A stretch of DNA of 64,000 nt from an uncultured Actinomycetes bacterium (GTDB lineage: Bacteria > Actinomycetota > Thermoleophilia > UBA2241). A program made the translations under genes and the position numbers. The notes beneath the pieces are model-generated. The model did no database searches and was not told the origin of the DNA. It was given only the letters and a program-made list of their open reading frames with translations. The stretch covers positions 96,001 to 160,000 of the forward strand of contig CAVYCN010000003.1 in the NCBI GenBank assembly GCA_963767005.1, in the 5' to 3' direction. Position 1 is the first letter of the stretch. Each line of letters opens with the position of its first letter. Positions 43,915 to 53,906 of the stretch are shown here, piece after piece.

Positions 43915-44442
43915 ATGGCAGCCATCGACGGTGAGAGAAGCGGCGGCGCCGACCCGGGCCCGTTCATCGTGTCGCAGCCGTGCCCGGTGTGTGAGGGGCA
44001 GGGCGTGATCGAGGAGCGGCCCTGCCTCGCCTGCCACGGCACCGGTGTGCAGCGCTTCTTCCACGGCACGAAGGCGGACCTGAAGCCGGGCGACCTGATC
44101 AAGCCCGGCCATCCGCCGAACTTCGGCCCGCCGGAGAGAAGAACGACCTCCGTCTATCTGACTGGCACCATGGATGCGGCCATCTGGGGAGCGGAGCTGG
44201 CCCTCGGCGAAGGTCCCGGCAGGATCTACGCCGTGGAGCCGACCGGCCCGATCGAGGACGACCCCAATCTGACCGGCAAGAAGTTCCCGGGTAATCCGAC
44301 GAAGTCATACCGCTCCCGGGAGCCGCTGCACGTCACGGGCGAGGTCACGAATTGGCGGGGGCACTCCCACGAATCGCTCAAGGCCATGAAGGACGGCATC
44401 GAGCAGGCCAAACGCCAAGGTCTCGAGCCGATCGACGACTGA
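43915..44442 (+). CDS. arr: Rifamycin ADP-ribosyltransferase with an N-terminal CxxCxGxG zinc finger
   Basis: FFHGTKADLKPGDLI, VYLT, AIWGAELA, EDDPNLT.KKFPGNPTKSYRS. AAGGAG SD. Confidence 0.9.
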   Translation: MAAIDGERSGGADPGPFIVSQPCPVCEGQGVIEERPCLACHGTGVQRFFHGTKADLKPGDLIKPGHPPNFGPPERRTTSVYLTGTMDAAIWGAELALGEGPGRIYAVEPTGPIEDDPNLTGKKFPGNPTKSYRSREPLHVTGEVTNWRGHSHESLKAMKDGIEQAKRQGLEPIDD

Positions 44443-44556
44443 GTCGCTCCCCGCATCGTCCAGTCACTCTGCTTGTCAGTGCCGCACCGATCGGGCAGGC
44501 GAGCGGACACCGAGCCGCGGTCATGTACAAGGAGAACGTCGTCGTTCTGACAACGC

Positions 44557-44633
44557 TGGTGGGCCCAGCAGGACTCGAACCTGCGACCGGCCGATTATGA
44601 GTCGGCTGCTCTAACCAGCTGAGCTATGGGCCC
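44557..44633 (-). tRNA. tRNA with CAT anticodon, most likely tRNA-Ile2 (lysidine)
   Basis: GGGCCCATAGCTCAGCTGGTTAGAGCAGCCGACTCATAATCGGC...CCCACCA. Resembles ileX-type tRNAs. Confidence 0.9.
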
Positions 44634-44723
44634 ACACGGCCATGATACGCTGCGCCTCGTGCTGGGCGCGCGCCGTGTGAGCCTCCGCTGCACGAGCGGA
44701 CGGCGCGCCGGCAGGGGGATTCT

Positions 44724-45833
44724 ATGACGGGCACGGGCGGCTCCGATAGCGCAAGGCCGGCGGGCGACCTCGCGCGGCGCACGGTCGTCGTGCTCGCGGT
44801 GGTCCTGGCGTTCGCGGCCGGCGCCTGGCTCCTCCTGCAGGTCCGCGAGATCGTCCTGTGGCTGGTCATCGCCGTGGTGCTCGCGATGGCGCTCGAGCCG
44901 GCCGTGGCCTGGCTCACCCGCCACCGGTTCCGGCGCGGTCTGGCGGCCGTGCTCGTCAGCCTGATCGCGATCGTCGTGCTGCTCGTGATCGTCGCGCTGC
45001 TCGCGGTGCCCCTCGTCAACCAGGCCCGCCAGCTGGTCGACGACCTGCCCGGTTACGTGCGCGACCTGACGAAGCCCGGCAGTCCCTTCGGCAGCCTCGA
45101 GACGCGCTTCCACGTCGTCGAGCGCCTGAAGGCGCTGGCGCCGCGGATGCTCACGCTGCTGGCCGGCGCCGGTACGCCGGCGCTCCAGGCCTTGCGGACG
45201 ACCTTCACGCTGATCGCCGCCGTCATCTCGATCCTCACCATGACGGTGCTGCTACTGATCGACGGGCCGCGTGCCTGGCGGTGGTCGCTCACGCTGCTGC
45301 CAGACGGCCGCCGCCCGCTCGCCCGCGACTTGGCCGCGCGCCTGCTCGCCTCGATCGGCGGCTACGTGCGCGGCAACCTGCTGATCAGTCTGATCGCCGG
45401 CGTCACGGCCTACGTCGCCATGCTCGTCGCCGGCGTGCCGTTCGCCCTGCCGCTGGCCGTGGCCGTCGCCGTCCTCGACCTGATCCCCCTCGTCGGCGCC
45501 ACCCTCGGCGCGATCCTCTGCGTGATCGTGGCGCTGGCCGGCGCCGGCTGGCTGCCGGCGCTGGGGCTGGCCGTGTACTTCATCGTCTACCAGCAGATCG
45601 AGAACAACCTGATCCAGACGGCCGTCTACTCCCGGACCGTAGCGCTTTCGCCGCTGGCCGTCCTGCTGGCGACCCTCTGCGGCGCCGCCATCGCCGGCAT
45701 CGTCGGCGTGCTGCTCGCGATCCCGGTCGCCGCCGCCGTGACGATCACCATCGTCGAGCTCCGCACGCTGCGCGCCGTGACGGTACCGGCCGGGTCGCTC
45801 GCGACCGTCGACGAGCGCGGCGGCGGCGACTGA
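44724..45833 (+). CDS. AI-2E (PerM-like) transporter
   Basis: GGYVRGNL, LIPLVGA, YQQIENNLI, GVLLAIP. Confidence 0.9.
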   Translation: MTGTGGSDSARPAGDLARRTVVVLAVVLAFAAGAWLLLQVREIVLWLVIAVVLAMALEPAVAWLTRHRFRRGLAAVLVSLIAIVVLLVIVALLAVPLVNQARQLVDDLPGYVRDLTKPGSPFGSLETRFHVVERLKALAPRMLTLLAGAGTPALQALRTTFTLIAAVISILTMTVLLLIDGPRAWRWSLTLLPDGRRPLARDLAARLLASIGGYVRGNLLISLIAGVTAYVAMLVAGVPFALPLAVAVAVLDLIPLVGATLGAILCVIVALAGAGWLPALGLAVYFIVYQQIENNLIQTAVYSRTVALSPLAVLLATLCGAAIAGIVGVLLAIPVAAAVTITIVELRTLRAVTVPAGSLATVDERGGGD

Positions 45834-46078
45834 CGCACCGTCGCGGGCGACTCGTCCAGCCGCGCGTCAATCGCTTGTCCACTCCGTCCAAGTCCGCCGT
45901 TTGCGGGCGCGATGGCGAAGATAGAGACTAGGCAGATCGGGGAGGGTCGCGGGGTCGAGGGATATCCCCCACGGACTTCCGAAGTGCTCACGGCGAGCGG
46001 GGTCGGCCTGGCCATAGTGACCACCTTCCTACGCCTGCCCGCTCCGTGCTGCCCTGAGCGAACTCCAAGGAGGAGTGG

Positions 46079-47308
46079 ATGGTCGGGCACGTGAACTCAG
46101 GAGACACGGCGTTCATCCTGATCTGCGCGGCACTGGTCGCGCTGATGACGCCGGGGCTCGCGTTCTTCTACGGCGGCCTCGTGCGCCGCAAGAACTTCCT
46201 CGCGATCATGATGCAGTCGTTCATCTCGATGGGCGTCGTGACCACGATCTGGGTGTTCTTCGGCTACTCGCTCGCCTTTTCGGGCGGCGCCGGCGGGGTC
46301 ATCGGCAACTTCCACTGGGCCCTGCTCAGCCACGTCGGCCAGTTGCCCGGCCCGTGGGCGCCGACCATCCCGGCGCAGGCGCACTTCGTCTATCAGGAGA
46401 TGTTCGCCATCATCACCCCGGCGCTCATCACCGGCGCCTTCGCCGACCGCGTCAAGTTCAAGAGTTACCTCTGGTTCCTCGTGCTGTGGAGCATCATCGT
46501 CTACATCCCGTTCGTGCACTGGATCTGGGGCGGCGGCTGGCTCGCCCAGCACGGCGTACGCGACTGGGCCGGCGGCGCGGTCGTCCACATGAGCGCCGGC
46601 TACGCGGCCCTCGCCTCAGTGTTCGCCGTCGGCAAGCGCCGCTTCGCTCCGGGTGAGCGCAGCCTGCCGCACAACGTCGCCTTCGTGGCTCTCGGCACCG
46701 GCCTGCTGTGGTTCGGCTGGTTCGGCTTCAACGGCGGCGACGGATCGGCCGCCAACGGCTTCGCGGCCCAGGCCTGGGTCAACACCGACATCGCCGGCTC
46801 GATCGCGATGTGCACCTGGCTCGCCATCGGCTGGTGGCACGACGGCAAGCCCAGCCTGGTCGGCGCCCTCACCGGCGCTGTGGCCGGCCTCGCCACGATC
46901 ACGCCGTGCGCCGGCTTCGTGCCAACGTGGGCGTCGTTCATCATCGGCGTGAGCGCCGGTTCGGTGGCCTTCTTCGCCGTGATCTTCAAGCAGAAGATGC
47001 AGTGGGACGACGCGCTCGACGTGTGGGCCGCCCACGGTGTGGGCGGCACGCTGGGGATCATCCTGCTGGGCGTCTTTGCCGAATTCGCCATCAACCCCTC
47101 AGGCGGCCAGGGGCTGATTACCGGCCACGTCAGCTTCTTCGGCTGGCAGGTGCTGACCGCCGTCATCGTCGCCGCCTACGCGTTCGTGGCGACGTTCCTC
47201 ATTCTCAAGCTGATCAACCTCTTCGGACCGATCCGCGTGCCCGACTCGGTCGAGCTCAAGGGGCTCGACGAGAGCGAGTTCGGCGAGGCAGCGTACGACC
47301 TGATCTAA
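46079..47308 (+). CDS. amtB: Ammonium transporter (Amt), copy 1
   Basis: MTPGLAFFYGG, YQEMFA, HWIWGGG, VVH, WFGFNGG, DDALDV..HG. Confidence 0.93.
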   Translation: MVGHVNSGDTAFILICAALVALMTPGLAFFYGGLVRRKNFLAIMMQSFISMGVVTTIWVFFGYSLAFSGGAGGVIGNFHWALLSHVGQLPGPWAPTIPAQAHFVYQEMFAIITPALITGAFADRVKFKSYLWFLVLWSIIVYIPFVHWIWGGGWLAQHGVRDWAGGAVVHMSAGYAALASVFAVGKRRFAPGERSLPHNVAFVALGTGLLWFGWFGFNGGDGSAANGFAAQAWVNTDIAGSIAMCTWLAIGWWHDGKPSLVGALTGAVAGLATITPCAGFVPTWASFIIGVSAGSVAFFAVIFKQKMQWDDALDVWAAHGVGGTLGIILLGVFAEFAINPSGGQGLITGHVSFFGWQVLTAVIVAAYAFVATFLILKLINLFGPIRVPDSVELKGLDESEFGEAAYDLI

Positions 47309-47397
47309 GGGGTCAGCAAGCACGGCGCGGGGCGCCTGCGGCCGGCAAGCGCAAGGAGCCGGCCGACCCGCACCGACCGTGCGAACGTGCCGCTCAC

Positions 47398-47438
47398 GGG
47401 GGCGGGGCGAAAGCCTGCAAGGCTTTCGCCCCGCCCCC
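47398..47438. terminator. Perfect 19-bp stem hairpin between the two amt genes
   Basis: gggggcggggcgaaagcct / aggctttcgccccgccccc. Confidence 0.6.
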
Positions 47439-47592
47439 TCGATTTGCAGCCAAAACGTAGTGGGCGACCGGCACCGCGTGGCCATCCCGTGGCACCCGGC
47501 CGGTTGACCACGGCGGCGCCCGACGAGAGGGTGTCGAGAGGTGACAAGCCGCGAGTCGAGACGGAGCAACCCGCGAGGGAGGGAGCATCTCC

Positions 47593-48816
47593 ATGAACCA
47601 CATCAACCCGGGCGACACGGCCTTCGTCCTGATCTGCGCCGCCTTCGTCGCAATCATGACTCCCGGTCTTGCCTTCTTCTACGGCGGCCTCGTGCGGCGC
47701 AAGAACGTGATCACCATCATGATGCAGAGCTTCGTGTCGCTCGGCGTGGTCACGCTCATCTGGATCGTCTGCGGCTTCAGCCTGGCGTTCGGTCCCGACG
47801 TGCACGGCGTGATCGGCAACCTGCACCTCGCCTTCCTCAACCACGTGGGCCAGGCGCCGAACCCGCAGTACGCGACCACCGTGCCGTTCCTCGCGTTCTT
47901 CGTCTTCCAGCTCACCGTCGCGGCGCTGACGCCGGCCCTCATCACCGGCGCCTTCGCCGACCGCGTGCCGTTCAAGAGCTACATCGCCTTCCTCACGCTC
48001 TGGAGCCTGCTCGTCTACGTGCCGCTCGCCCACTGGATCTGGGGCGGCGGCTTCTTGCAGCAGTGGGGCGTGCTCGACTTCGGCGGCGGCATGGTGGTCC
48101 ACGCGAGCGCCGGCTTTGCCGCCCTGGCGTCGGTGTGGGTGATCGGCAAGCGCGTCTTCGCGCCGGGCGAAGAGGAGCGGCCCAGCAACATCCCGCTGAT
48201 CGCGATCGGCCTCGGCCTGCTGTGGTTCGGCTGGCTCGGCGACAACCCGGCGAACGCGATGCACGCGAACGGCGTCGCGGCGCAAGCCTGCGTCAACACC
48301 TTCATCGCCGGCGGCTTGGCGATGCTGGTCTGGATGTTCACCGACTGGGTGCGCACCGGCAAGGCCAGCATGGTCGGCGCCCTCACCGGTGTGCTCGCCG
48401 GTCTCGTCGCCGTGACTCCGGAGGCCGGCTACGTGCCGACCTGGGCGGCGGCCTTCACCGCCCTCGCGGCCGGCTGGATCTGCTACGGCGCGACCCACCT
48501 GCGCGCCAAGCGCGGCTGGGACGACTCGCTCGATGTCTGGGGCGTGCACGGCATCGGCGGCCTGTTCGGCACGCTGTGCGTGGGCTGGTTCGCCTACGCC
48601 TCGGTCGGCGGCCACAACGGCATGCTCGCCGGGAACGGCCACCAGTTCGTGCTGCAGTGCGCCGGCGTGGGCATCGCGGTCGGCTACGCCTTCGGTGTGA
48701 GCTTCGCCATCCTCAAGGTCGTCGACCTCGTGGCGAGCGTTCAGCTGTCACACCAGGTGCAGCTCGCCGGTCTGGACGAGGAGCTCCACGGCGAGTCGGC
48801 CTACGACCTCGTCTGA
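47593..48816 (+). CDS. Amt-family transporter, copy 2, with an altered Phe gate
   Basis: Full Amt fold with both His retained, but FQLTVA and WLGDNPAN replace FQxxFA and WFGFNxGS. Confidence 0.9.
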   Translation: MNHINPGDTAFVLICAAFVAIMTPGLAFFYGGLVRRKNVITIMMQSFVSLGVVTLIWIVCGFSLAFGPDVHGVIGNLHLAFLNHVGQAPNPQYATTVPFLAFFVFQLTVAALTPALITGAFADRVPFKSYIAFLTLWSLLVYVPLAHWIWGGGFLQQWGVLDFGGGMVVHASAGFAALASVWVIGKRVFAPGEEERPSNIPLIAIGLGLLWFGWLGDNPANAMHANGVAAQACVNTFIAGGLAMLVWMFTDWVRTGKASMVGALTGVLAGLVAVTPEAGYVPTWAAAFTALAAGWICYGATHLRAKRGWDDSLDVWGVHGIGGLFGTLCVGWFAYASVGGHNGMLAGNGHQFVLQCAGVGIAVGYAFGVSFAILKVVDLVASVQLSHQVQLAGLDEELHGESAYDLV

Positions 48817-48890
48817 CAGTGGCCCTGTAGCGACGGTCGGGGCGGGGCGCCTGCGGCGCCCCGCCCCCGCACGCTGGTAGACTGACGGCC

Positions 48891-49994
48891 ATGACGGCCG
48901 GTGAGGAGAACGTGCGGATCGGCGTGCTGCTGGCGGGCGGCACGGGTCGCCGGGCCGGCGTCGACAAGCGCTTCCTGGTGCTCGACGGCCGTACCCTGCT
49001 GCAACGCAACCTCGCCTTCCTGCACGAGCGGTTTGAGACGCTCGTGGTCTCGCTCGGACAGGACCAGCGGCTCGACCTGGGCGACGCCGCCGCGCTCGGT
49101 GCCGAGGTGCTCACCGACGCCTGGCCCGGCTCGTCGCCGATGGCCGGCATCGCGACGGCGCTCCGGCGCCACCGCGCACCCGTCTTCGCGCTGGCCGTCG
49201 ACCTCGTCCATCCCGCTGCCGGCGCCCGCGAACGGGTGCTCGGCGCGCTGCCCGGCCATGACCTCGCGTTGCCCGCGATCGAGGGCCACTACCAGCCGCT
49301 CTTCGCCGCGTACGGGCCACGCTGCCTGCCGGTCATGGCCGGCCTGCTCGAAAGCGGTCGCCACAGCCTGCTCGACGTGCTGCCCGAGACTCGTGTCGCG
49401 GCGGTGCCGTTCGACGGCGACGAGCCCTTCCATAACGTCAACACGATGGACGACTTCGACGCGGCCCGGCAGCGGTCCGCCGGCGCCACGGTGGGGCCCG
49501 CGCTCGTCGCGATCGTCGGCAAGAGCGACTCCGGCAAGACCACGCTCATCGAGAAGCTCGTGCCCGAGCTCCTGCGGCTCGGGCTGCGGGTCGGCACCGT
49601 GAAGCACGACGCCCACAGCTTCGAGATCGACCACCCCGGCAAGGACTCCTGGCGCCACGGCCAGGCCGGCGCGCACGCCTACGTCGTGGCCTCGCGCGAG
49701 CGCCTCGCCTACATCGCGCGCCTCGACGGCGAGCTGGCCCTCGCCGACATCGCGCGACGCTACTTCGCCGACTTCGATCTGGTGGTGGCCGAAGGCTATA
49801 AGGCCACGGCGCCGCACCGCGTCGAGATCTTCCGCAGCGGGGCCGGCCACGCCGCGCCCCTCTGCGCGCCGGGCGAGGCCCTCGCGCTCGTCAGCGACGC
49901 GGCGCTCGAGCACGACCACCGCTTCGGTCTCGACGACGGCGCAGCCCTCGCCCGCTTCCTGGTCACCCGGCTCGACACCCTCCGCGCTTACTAG
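48891..49994 (+). CDS. mobAB: Fused molybdenum cofactor guanylyltransferase MobA / MobB
   Basis: LLAGG..RR.GVDK, NVNTMDD, then GKSDSGKTT, KHDAHSFEIDHPGKDSWRH, EGYK. Confidence 0.9.
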   Translation: MTAGEENVRIGVLLAGGTGRRAGVDKRFLVLDGRTLLQRNLAFLHERFETLVVSLGQDQRLDLGDAAALGAEVLTDAWPGSSPMAGIATALRRHRAPVFALAVDLVHPAAGARERVLGALPGHDLALPAIEGHYQPLFAAYGPRCLPVMAGLLESGRHSLLDVLPETRVAAVPFDGDEPFHNVNTMDDFDAARQRSAGATVGPALVAIVGKSDSGKTTLIEKLVPELLRLGLRVGTVKHDAHSFEIDHPGKDSWRHGQAGAHAYVVASRERLAYIARLDGELALADIARRYFADFDLVVAEGYKATAPHRVEIFRSGAGHAAPLCAPGEALALVSDAALEHDHRFGLDDGAALARFLVTRLDTLRAY

Positions 49995-50142
49995 GCGCGC
50001 GACGTAGTCACGCCTGCCTGAGCGTCGATGACGCAGTCGATCGGGGGACTAGGCGCGCGACGTAGTCACGCCTGCCTGAGCGTCAGCGACGTAGTCTCCT
50101 GACGGACTAGGCGCGCGACGCAGTCACGCCTGCCTGAGCGTC
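49990..50142 (+). repeat. Three 37-bp direct repeats at a 58-bp period (REP/MIRU-like)
   Basis: actaggcgcgcgacgYagtcacgcctgcctgagcgtc at 49990, 50048 and 50106, with related 21-nt linkers. Confidence 0.9.
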
Positions 50143-50164
50143 GGCGAGGGAGTTGCTCGCCGGC

Positions 50165-50896
50165 CTAAGGTCGACGCAGCGCCACGAAGCCGGCGACGAC
50201 GCCGGCGGCGAAGCGGCGCCGGGCGACGACGGCGAACCCGGCCTCCTCGAGGTGCGCGGCGACGCGGTCGCCCGTCCCCAGCGCTCGAGTCGAGGCGGCG
50301 AGCAGCTCATACAGCTCGGCGCTGCCCGCAAGCGCTGCACCCAGACGGGGCGCGATCTCGAAGAAGTACAGCCCGGCGGGTGTGCCGAGCAGACTGGGAG
50401 CCGGCGTCACCGAGTCGAGGACCACTAGCCGGCCACCGGGCACGAGCAGCTCGCGCACGGCACGGAGCGGCACGTCCGGCGAGGCGAAGTAGCGCAACCC
50501 GAAGCCGAGCGTCGCCGCCGCGAACGGTCCGTCGATCCCTGCCACGGCGGCGCGGTCGGCCAGGTCGGCGACGACCGTGCGGGCCGGCAGCCCCTCGGCC
50601 GCAAGACGCGCGGCGGCGAGGGCGAGCGCCGCCGGGGCGACGTCGACAGCAGTCACGTCGGCGCCACGCCGGGCGAGGGCCAGGGCGAGCAAGCCGGTGC
50701 CGGCGCAGGCGTCGAGCACTCGTGGACGGTCGGCCGCGGCGACCGCCTGGCGCGCCACCCAGCGCCGCCAGCCGGCGTCGCGCCCGCCGGTGAGCACGGT
50801 GTTCACCCGGTCGTAGGTCGCGGCGCTCTGGTCGAACAGGCGGGCGATGCCCGCCGCGTCGCGCTCCACCGCCGGTCCGGCCGGCGTCCGCGTCAC
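50165..50896 (-). CDS. UbiE/MenG-family methyltransferase
   Basis: LFDQSAATYDRVNTVLT, VLDACAGTG, GFGLRY, PGGRLVVLD. GTGA overlap with the prenyltransferase. Confidence 0.85.
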   Translation of the reverse strand: MTRTPAGPAVERDAAGIARLFDQSAATYDRVNTVLTGGRDAGWRRWVARQAVAAADRPRVLDACAGTGLLALALARRGADVTAVDVAPAALALAAARLAAEGLPARTVVADLADRAAVAGIDGPFAAATLGFGLRYFASPDVPLRAVRELLVPGGRLVVLDSVTPAPSLLGTPAGLYFFEIAPRLGAALAGSAELYELLAASTRALGTGDRVAAHLEEAGFAVVARRRFAAGVVAGFVALRRP

Positions 50897-51870
50897 GCCG
50901 TCACCGCGAGGCCGACCAGCAGGGCGGCCAGCATGAGGTCCGGATACAGGCTGCCGCGATTGAAGAACGACGCCGCCTGCGCCGGCGTGGGGCGACGCAC
51001 CAGACGGACGGCGGGGGCGCCGAGCGCCCACACGCCGAGCGCCAGGGCGAGCGCTATCGAGAGCGCCGGCATGGGCAGGAGCACGGTCGCGGCCAGGCAG
51101 GCGCCCGAGACGGCGGCCGCGGCCCGGGCCGCGGCCGCCGCGCCGTGCACCGTGGCCACTGTGCAGATGCCGACGGCAGCGTCGCTCGCGACGTCGCTTA
51201 AATCGTTGACGATGTTGCGGCCGCCGACCTCCCAGAGGGCGAGCACGACGAAGAGTGCGAGGGCGCTCGGCCGCAAGGGCGCGACCGCGGCCCAGCCGGC
51301 CAGGCCGCCGCAGCCCACCATCACGCCAGACAGCACCGTCTTCCAGGGGGTCACCGACCGTAGCGCGCAGTACACGACCTGCGTGGCACCGGCTGCGGCG
51401 AAGAAGGCGAGCGCAAGCGGGCTGAGAGCGGCGGTGCCGAGCGCGCCGAGCGCCGCCAGGCCGACCACCCAGGCGACCGACAGGCGCAGGCTCAGCAGGC
51501 CGCGCGCCAGCGGGTGCCGCACGAAGGCGGTGTCGACGTCGTGCTCGGGGACGGCGCTCTTGCCGGCGCCGAGCGACGCTTCGTCGACCCTGCGGTCGAG
51601 CAGATCGTTCAGCGCGTACAGCGAGAACGATGCCGCGCAGGCGGCCGGCAGACCAATCGCGACGACGCGCAACGGCGGCAGGCCGCCGAGGGCCAGTACG
51701 ACGCCGAGCGCCGGCTGAGCGACGGTGAGGAGGGCCTGCTTGCCGCGCGAGAAGTCGAAGATCACGGCGGCGAGACCCGGCGTCATCGCGGGCGCGCCCT
51801 CGGCGATACGCCCGGCGGCCGCGGCCGTCCCTGCCCGGCCGTCCACAGGCCCGACCCGTGCGCCCTTCAT
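50893..51870 (-). CDS. UbiA-family prenyltransferase
   Basis: NDLLDRRVD, RHPLARG, NDLSDVASD, multiple TM helices. Start uncertain (51870 or 51786). Confidence 0.85.
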   Translation of the reverse strand: MKGARVGPVDGRAGTAAAAGRIAEGAPAMTPGLAAVIFDFSRGKQALLTVAQPALGVVLALGGLPPLRVVAIGLPAACAASFSLYALNDLLDRRVDEASLGAGKSAVPEHDVDTAFVRHPLARGLLSLRLSVAWVVGLAALGALGTAALSPLALAFFAAAGATQVVYCALRSVTPWKTVLSGVMVGCGGLAGWAAVAPLRPSALALFVVLALWEVGGRNIVNDLSDVASDAAVGICTVATVHGAAAAARAAAAVSGACLAATVLLPMPALSIALALALGVWALGAPAVRLVRRPTPAQAASFFNRGSLYPDLMLAALLVGLAVTA

Positions 51871-52070
51871 CGCGACCCCCACCCCCCGGCGCCGCCCCTC
51901 GCGCCGTCGCAACCACCGGCTCGCCGGCCGGATGCACCGCTTGCTTCCCCGGCCGAGCGCCGTTCACACCGCAGCGAGCGGCAGCGAGCGGCACGAGGCC
52001 AGAACGAGCGCGCGGGCGGGCCGGCGTCAGATGACGCCGGCCCGCCCGCGCGGGGGCCTCAGGCTGTCGG

Positions 52071-53018
52071 CTACAGCGCCTGGAGTCGCTCGACGAGGGC
52101 CGGCACGACCTTGTACAGGTCGCCGACGATGCCGTAGTCGGCGAGGGCGAAGATGGGCGCGTCCTTGTCGGTGTTCACGGCCGCGATCACCTTGGCCTGC
52201 GAGACGCCGACGGTATGCTGCACCTGGCCCGAGATGCCGATCGCAAGGTAGACGTCGGGCACGGTCTTGGCGCCCGACAGTCCGACGATGCGGTCCTCGG
52301 GCAGCCAGCCGAAGTCGGCCAGGCTCTTCGTGCAGGCGAGCTCGGCGGCGAGCGCGGCCGCGAGGCCCTCGCCGAGCGTCACGTCCTCGCGCTTGCCGAG
52401 GCCCCGGCCGATGCCGACGATGCGCGGCGCGGCCGACAGGTCGACCGACTCGCCCTCCTTGGGCCGCCGGTCCGCCACTGTCACGGCCGGCGCCGTGAGC
52501 GCGGGCGACACGGCGACGACGTCGCCGCCGCCCGCCGGCGCGCCGGCCTCGAAGACCTTGGGCATGACCGCCACGACCTGGGTGGCCGAGGTGACCGCCT
52601 CGCGCTGGACCGTCGCGCCGCCCAGGTTGTAACGGCCGGCGACCAGGCGGCCGTCCTCGACGGCGAGCGACGTGGCGTCGGTGACACAGCCGGCGCCGAG
52701 GCGCTGGGCCAGGCGGCCGGCGAGCTCGCGGCCGCGACGGGTCGAGCCGAGCAGCACGACCGTCGCGCCCGCCTCGGCGGCGATGTGAGCCAGGGCCTGG
52801 GCGACGACCGCGGGGTCGAGGCCGGCCAGGGCCGGGTCGGCACAGGTGAAGACCGCCGCGGCACCGTGCGCGGCGAGGGCCGGCGCGGCCGCGGCGGCGT
52901 CGGGACCAAGCGCCGCGGCGCACACAGAGAGGCCGAGCTGCGGCGCGAGGCCATGGGCGGCGGCCAGGAGCTCGAGCGCGGTGTCGGGTTGCTCGCTGTA
53001 GACGAGGATCGATGCCAT
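52071..53018 (-). CDS. fixB: Electron transfer flavoprotein alpha subunit
   Basis: GIGRG, VGLSG, YLAIGISGQVQH, NTDKDAPIF..ADYGIVGDL. Confidence 0.92.
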   Translation of the reverse strand: MASILVYSEQPDTALELLAAAHGLAPQLGLSVCAAALGPDAAAAAPALAAHGAAAVFTCADPALAGLDPAVVAQALAHIAAEAGATVVLLGSTRRGRELAGRLAQRLGAGCVTDATSLAVEDGRLVAGRYNLGGATVQREAVTSATQVVAVMPKVFEAGAPAGGGDVVAVSPALTAPAVTVADRRPKEGESVDLSAAPRIVGIGRGLGKREDVTLGEGLAAALAAELACTKSLADFGWLPEDRIVGLSGAKTVPDVYLAIGISGQVQHTVGVSQAKVIAAVNTDKDAPIFALADYGIVGDLYKVVPALVERLQAL

Positions 53019-53023
53019 CGCCG

Positions 53024-53806
53024 CTACCTCCCCAGGACGCCTTCGGCGACCAGCGCGTTGACCAGGGCCTCGGCCTGGGCGGCCGGCTCGCCGTCGAACA
53101 GCACGTGCTTGCGGGCCTGTTCCTCGGCCAGGTTCGAGCGCACCTCGCGCAGCGGCGCGAGAGCCGCGGCGTCGAGTCCGAGGTCGGCGAGGCCGAGCTC
53201 GGCCACCGGCTTCTTGCCGGCCTTCATGATGCTCATCAGCGAGGGGATGCGCGGCTCGTTGATCTCGCTCACCACGGTGGCGGCCGCCGGCAGCGGCACC
53301 TCGAGGGTCTCGACGACGTCGCCCATGCTGCGCTCGGCGCGCAGGCAGCCGTCGGCCACGGTGACCGCGCGCGCGTAGCCGATCTGGGGCAGGCCCAGCA
53401 GCTCGGCGGTGCGCGACGGCACCTGGCCCGAGTAGCCGTCGGTCGAGCCCTCGCCGAACAGCACGAGGTCGAACGGGCCCGACTTCTCGATGGCGCGCGC
53501 CAGCACGAGCGCGACGCCGGCCTGGTCGGCCGCTTCGAGCGCCGGGTCCGAGACGATGACCGCCTCGTCGGCGCCGATCGCGAGGGCCTCCTTCATGGTC
53601 TCGCGCGCCTTGCGATCGCCCTGCGCCGCCGCGACCGCCACGATGCGACCACCGCCGGCCGCCTCGACCAGCCGCAGGGCCGCCTCGAGCGCGTTCTTCT
53701 CGAGGTCGCCCACCTTGAAGGGCACCGCCTCGAGCAGCGGCCTGCGGTCCTTGACGCGCACGAGCTGCAGGTCGGGATTGGTCTTGACGCACACCGCGAT
53801 GTCCAC
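53024..53806 (-). CDS. fixA: Electron transfer flavoprotein beta subunit
   Basis: IAVCVK, NALEAAL, ALAIGAD, STDGYSGQVP, NEPRIPS. Confidence 0.92.
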   Translation of the reverse strand: MDIAVCVKTNPDLQLVRVKDRRPLLEAVPFKVGDLEKNALEAALRLVEAAGGGRIVAVAAAQGDRKARETMKEALAIGADEAVIVSDPALEAADQAGVALVLARAIEKSGPFDLVLFGEGSTDGYSGQVPSRTAELLGLPQIGYARAVTVADGCLRAERSMGDVVETLEVPLPAAATVVSEINEPRIPSLMSIMKAGKKPVAELGLADLGLDAAALAPLREVRSNLAEEQARKHVLFDGEPAAQAEALVNALVAEGVLGR

Positions 53807-53906
53807 GGCTTACGCACCTCCGCAGGTCGACGTTTGCCCAAACGACGGGACGGCCTTTCGTGCGGGGGCGGGGCGGGCCTTGCGGCCCGCCCCGCCCCCG
53901 CACGCT

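Noticed and set aside
45940-47592. Riboswitches in the leaders of the two amt genes (long hairpin before copy 1; ACGGAGCAA...GGGAGCA before copy 2, reminiscent of the glutamine riboswitch)
   Set aside because: The P1 pairing and conserved cores do not match any family I can confirm. An Rfam/Infernal scan would settle it.
49990-50142. Possible mini CRISPR array (37-bp repeats)
   Set aside because: The linkers are only 21 nt and resemble each other and the repeat. There are no cas genes or AT-rich leader, and a related copy occurs at 55.6 kb. An interspersed repeat explains it better.
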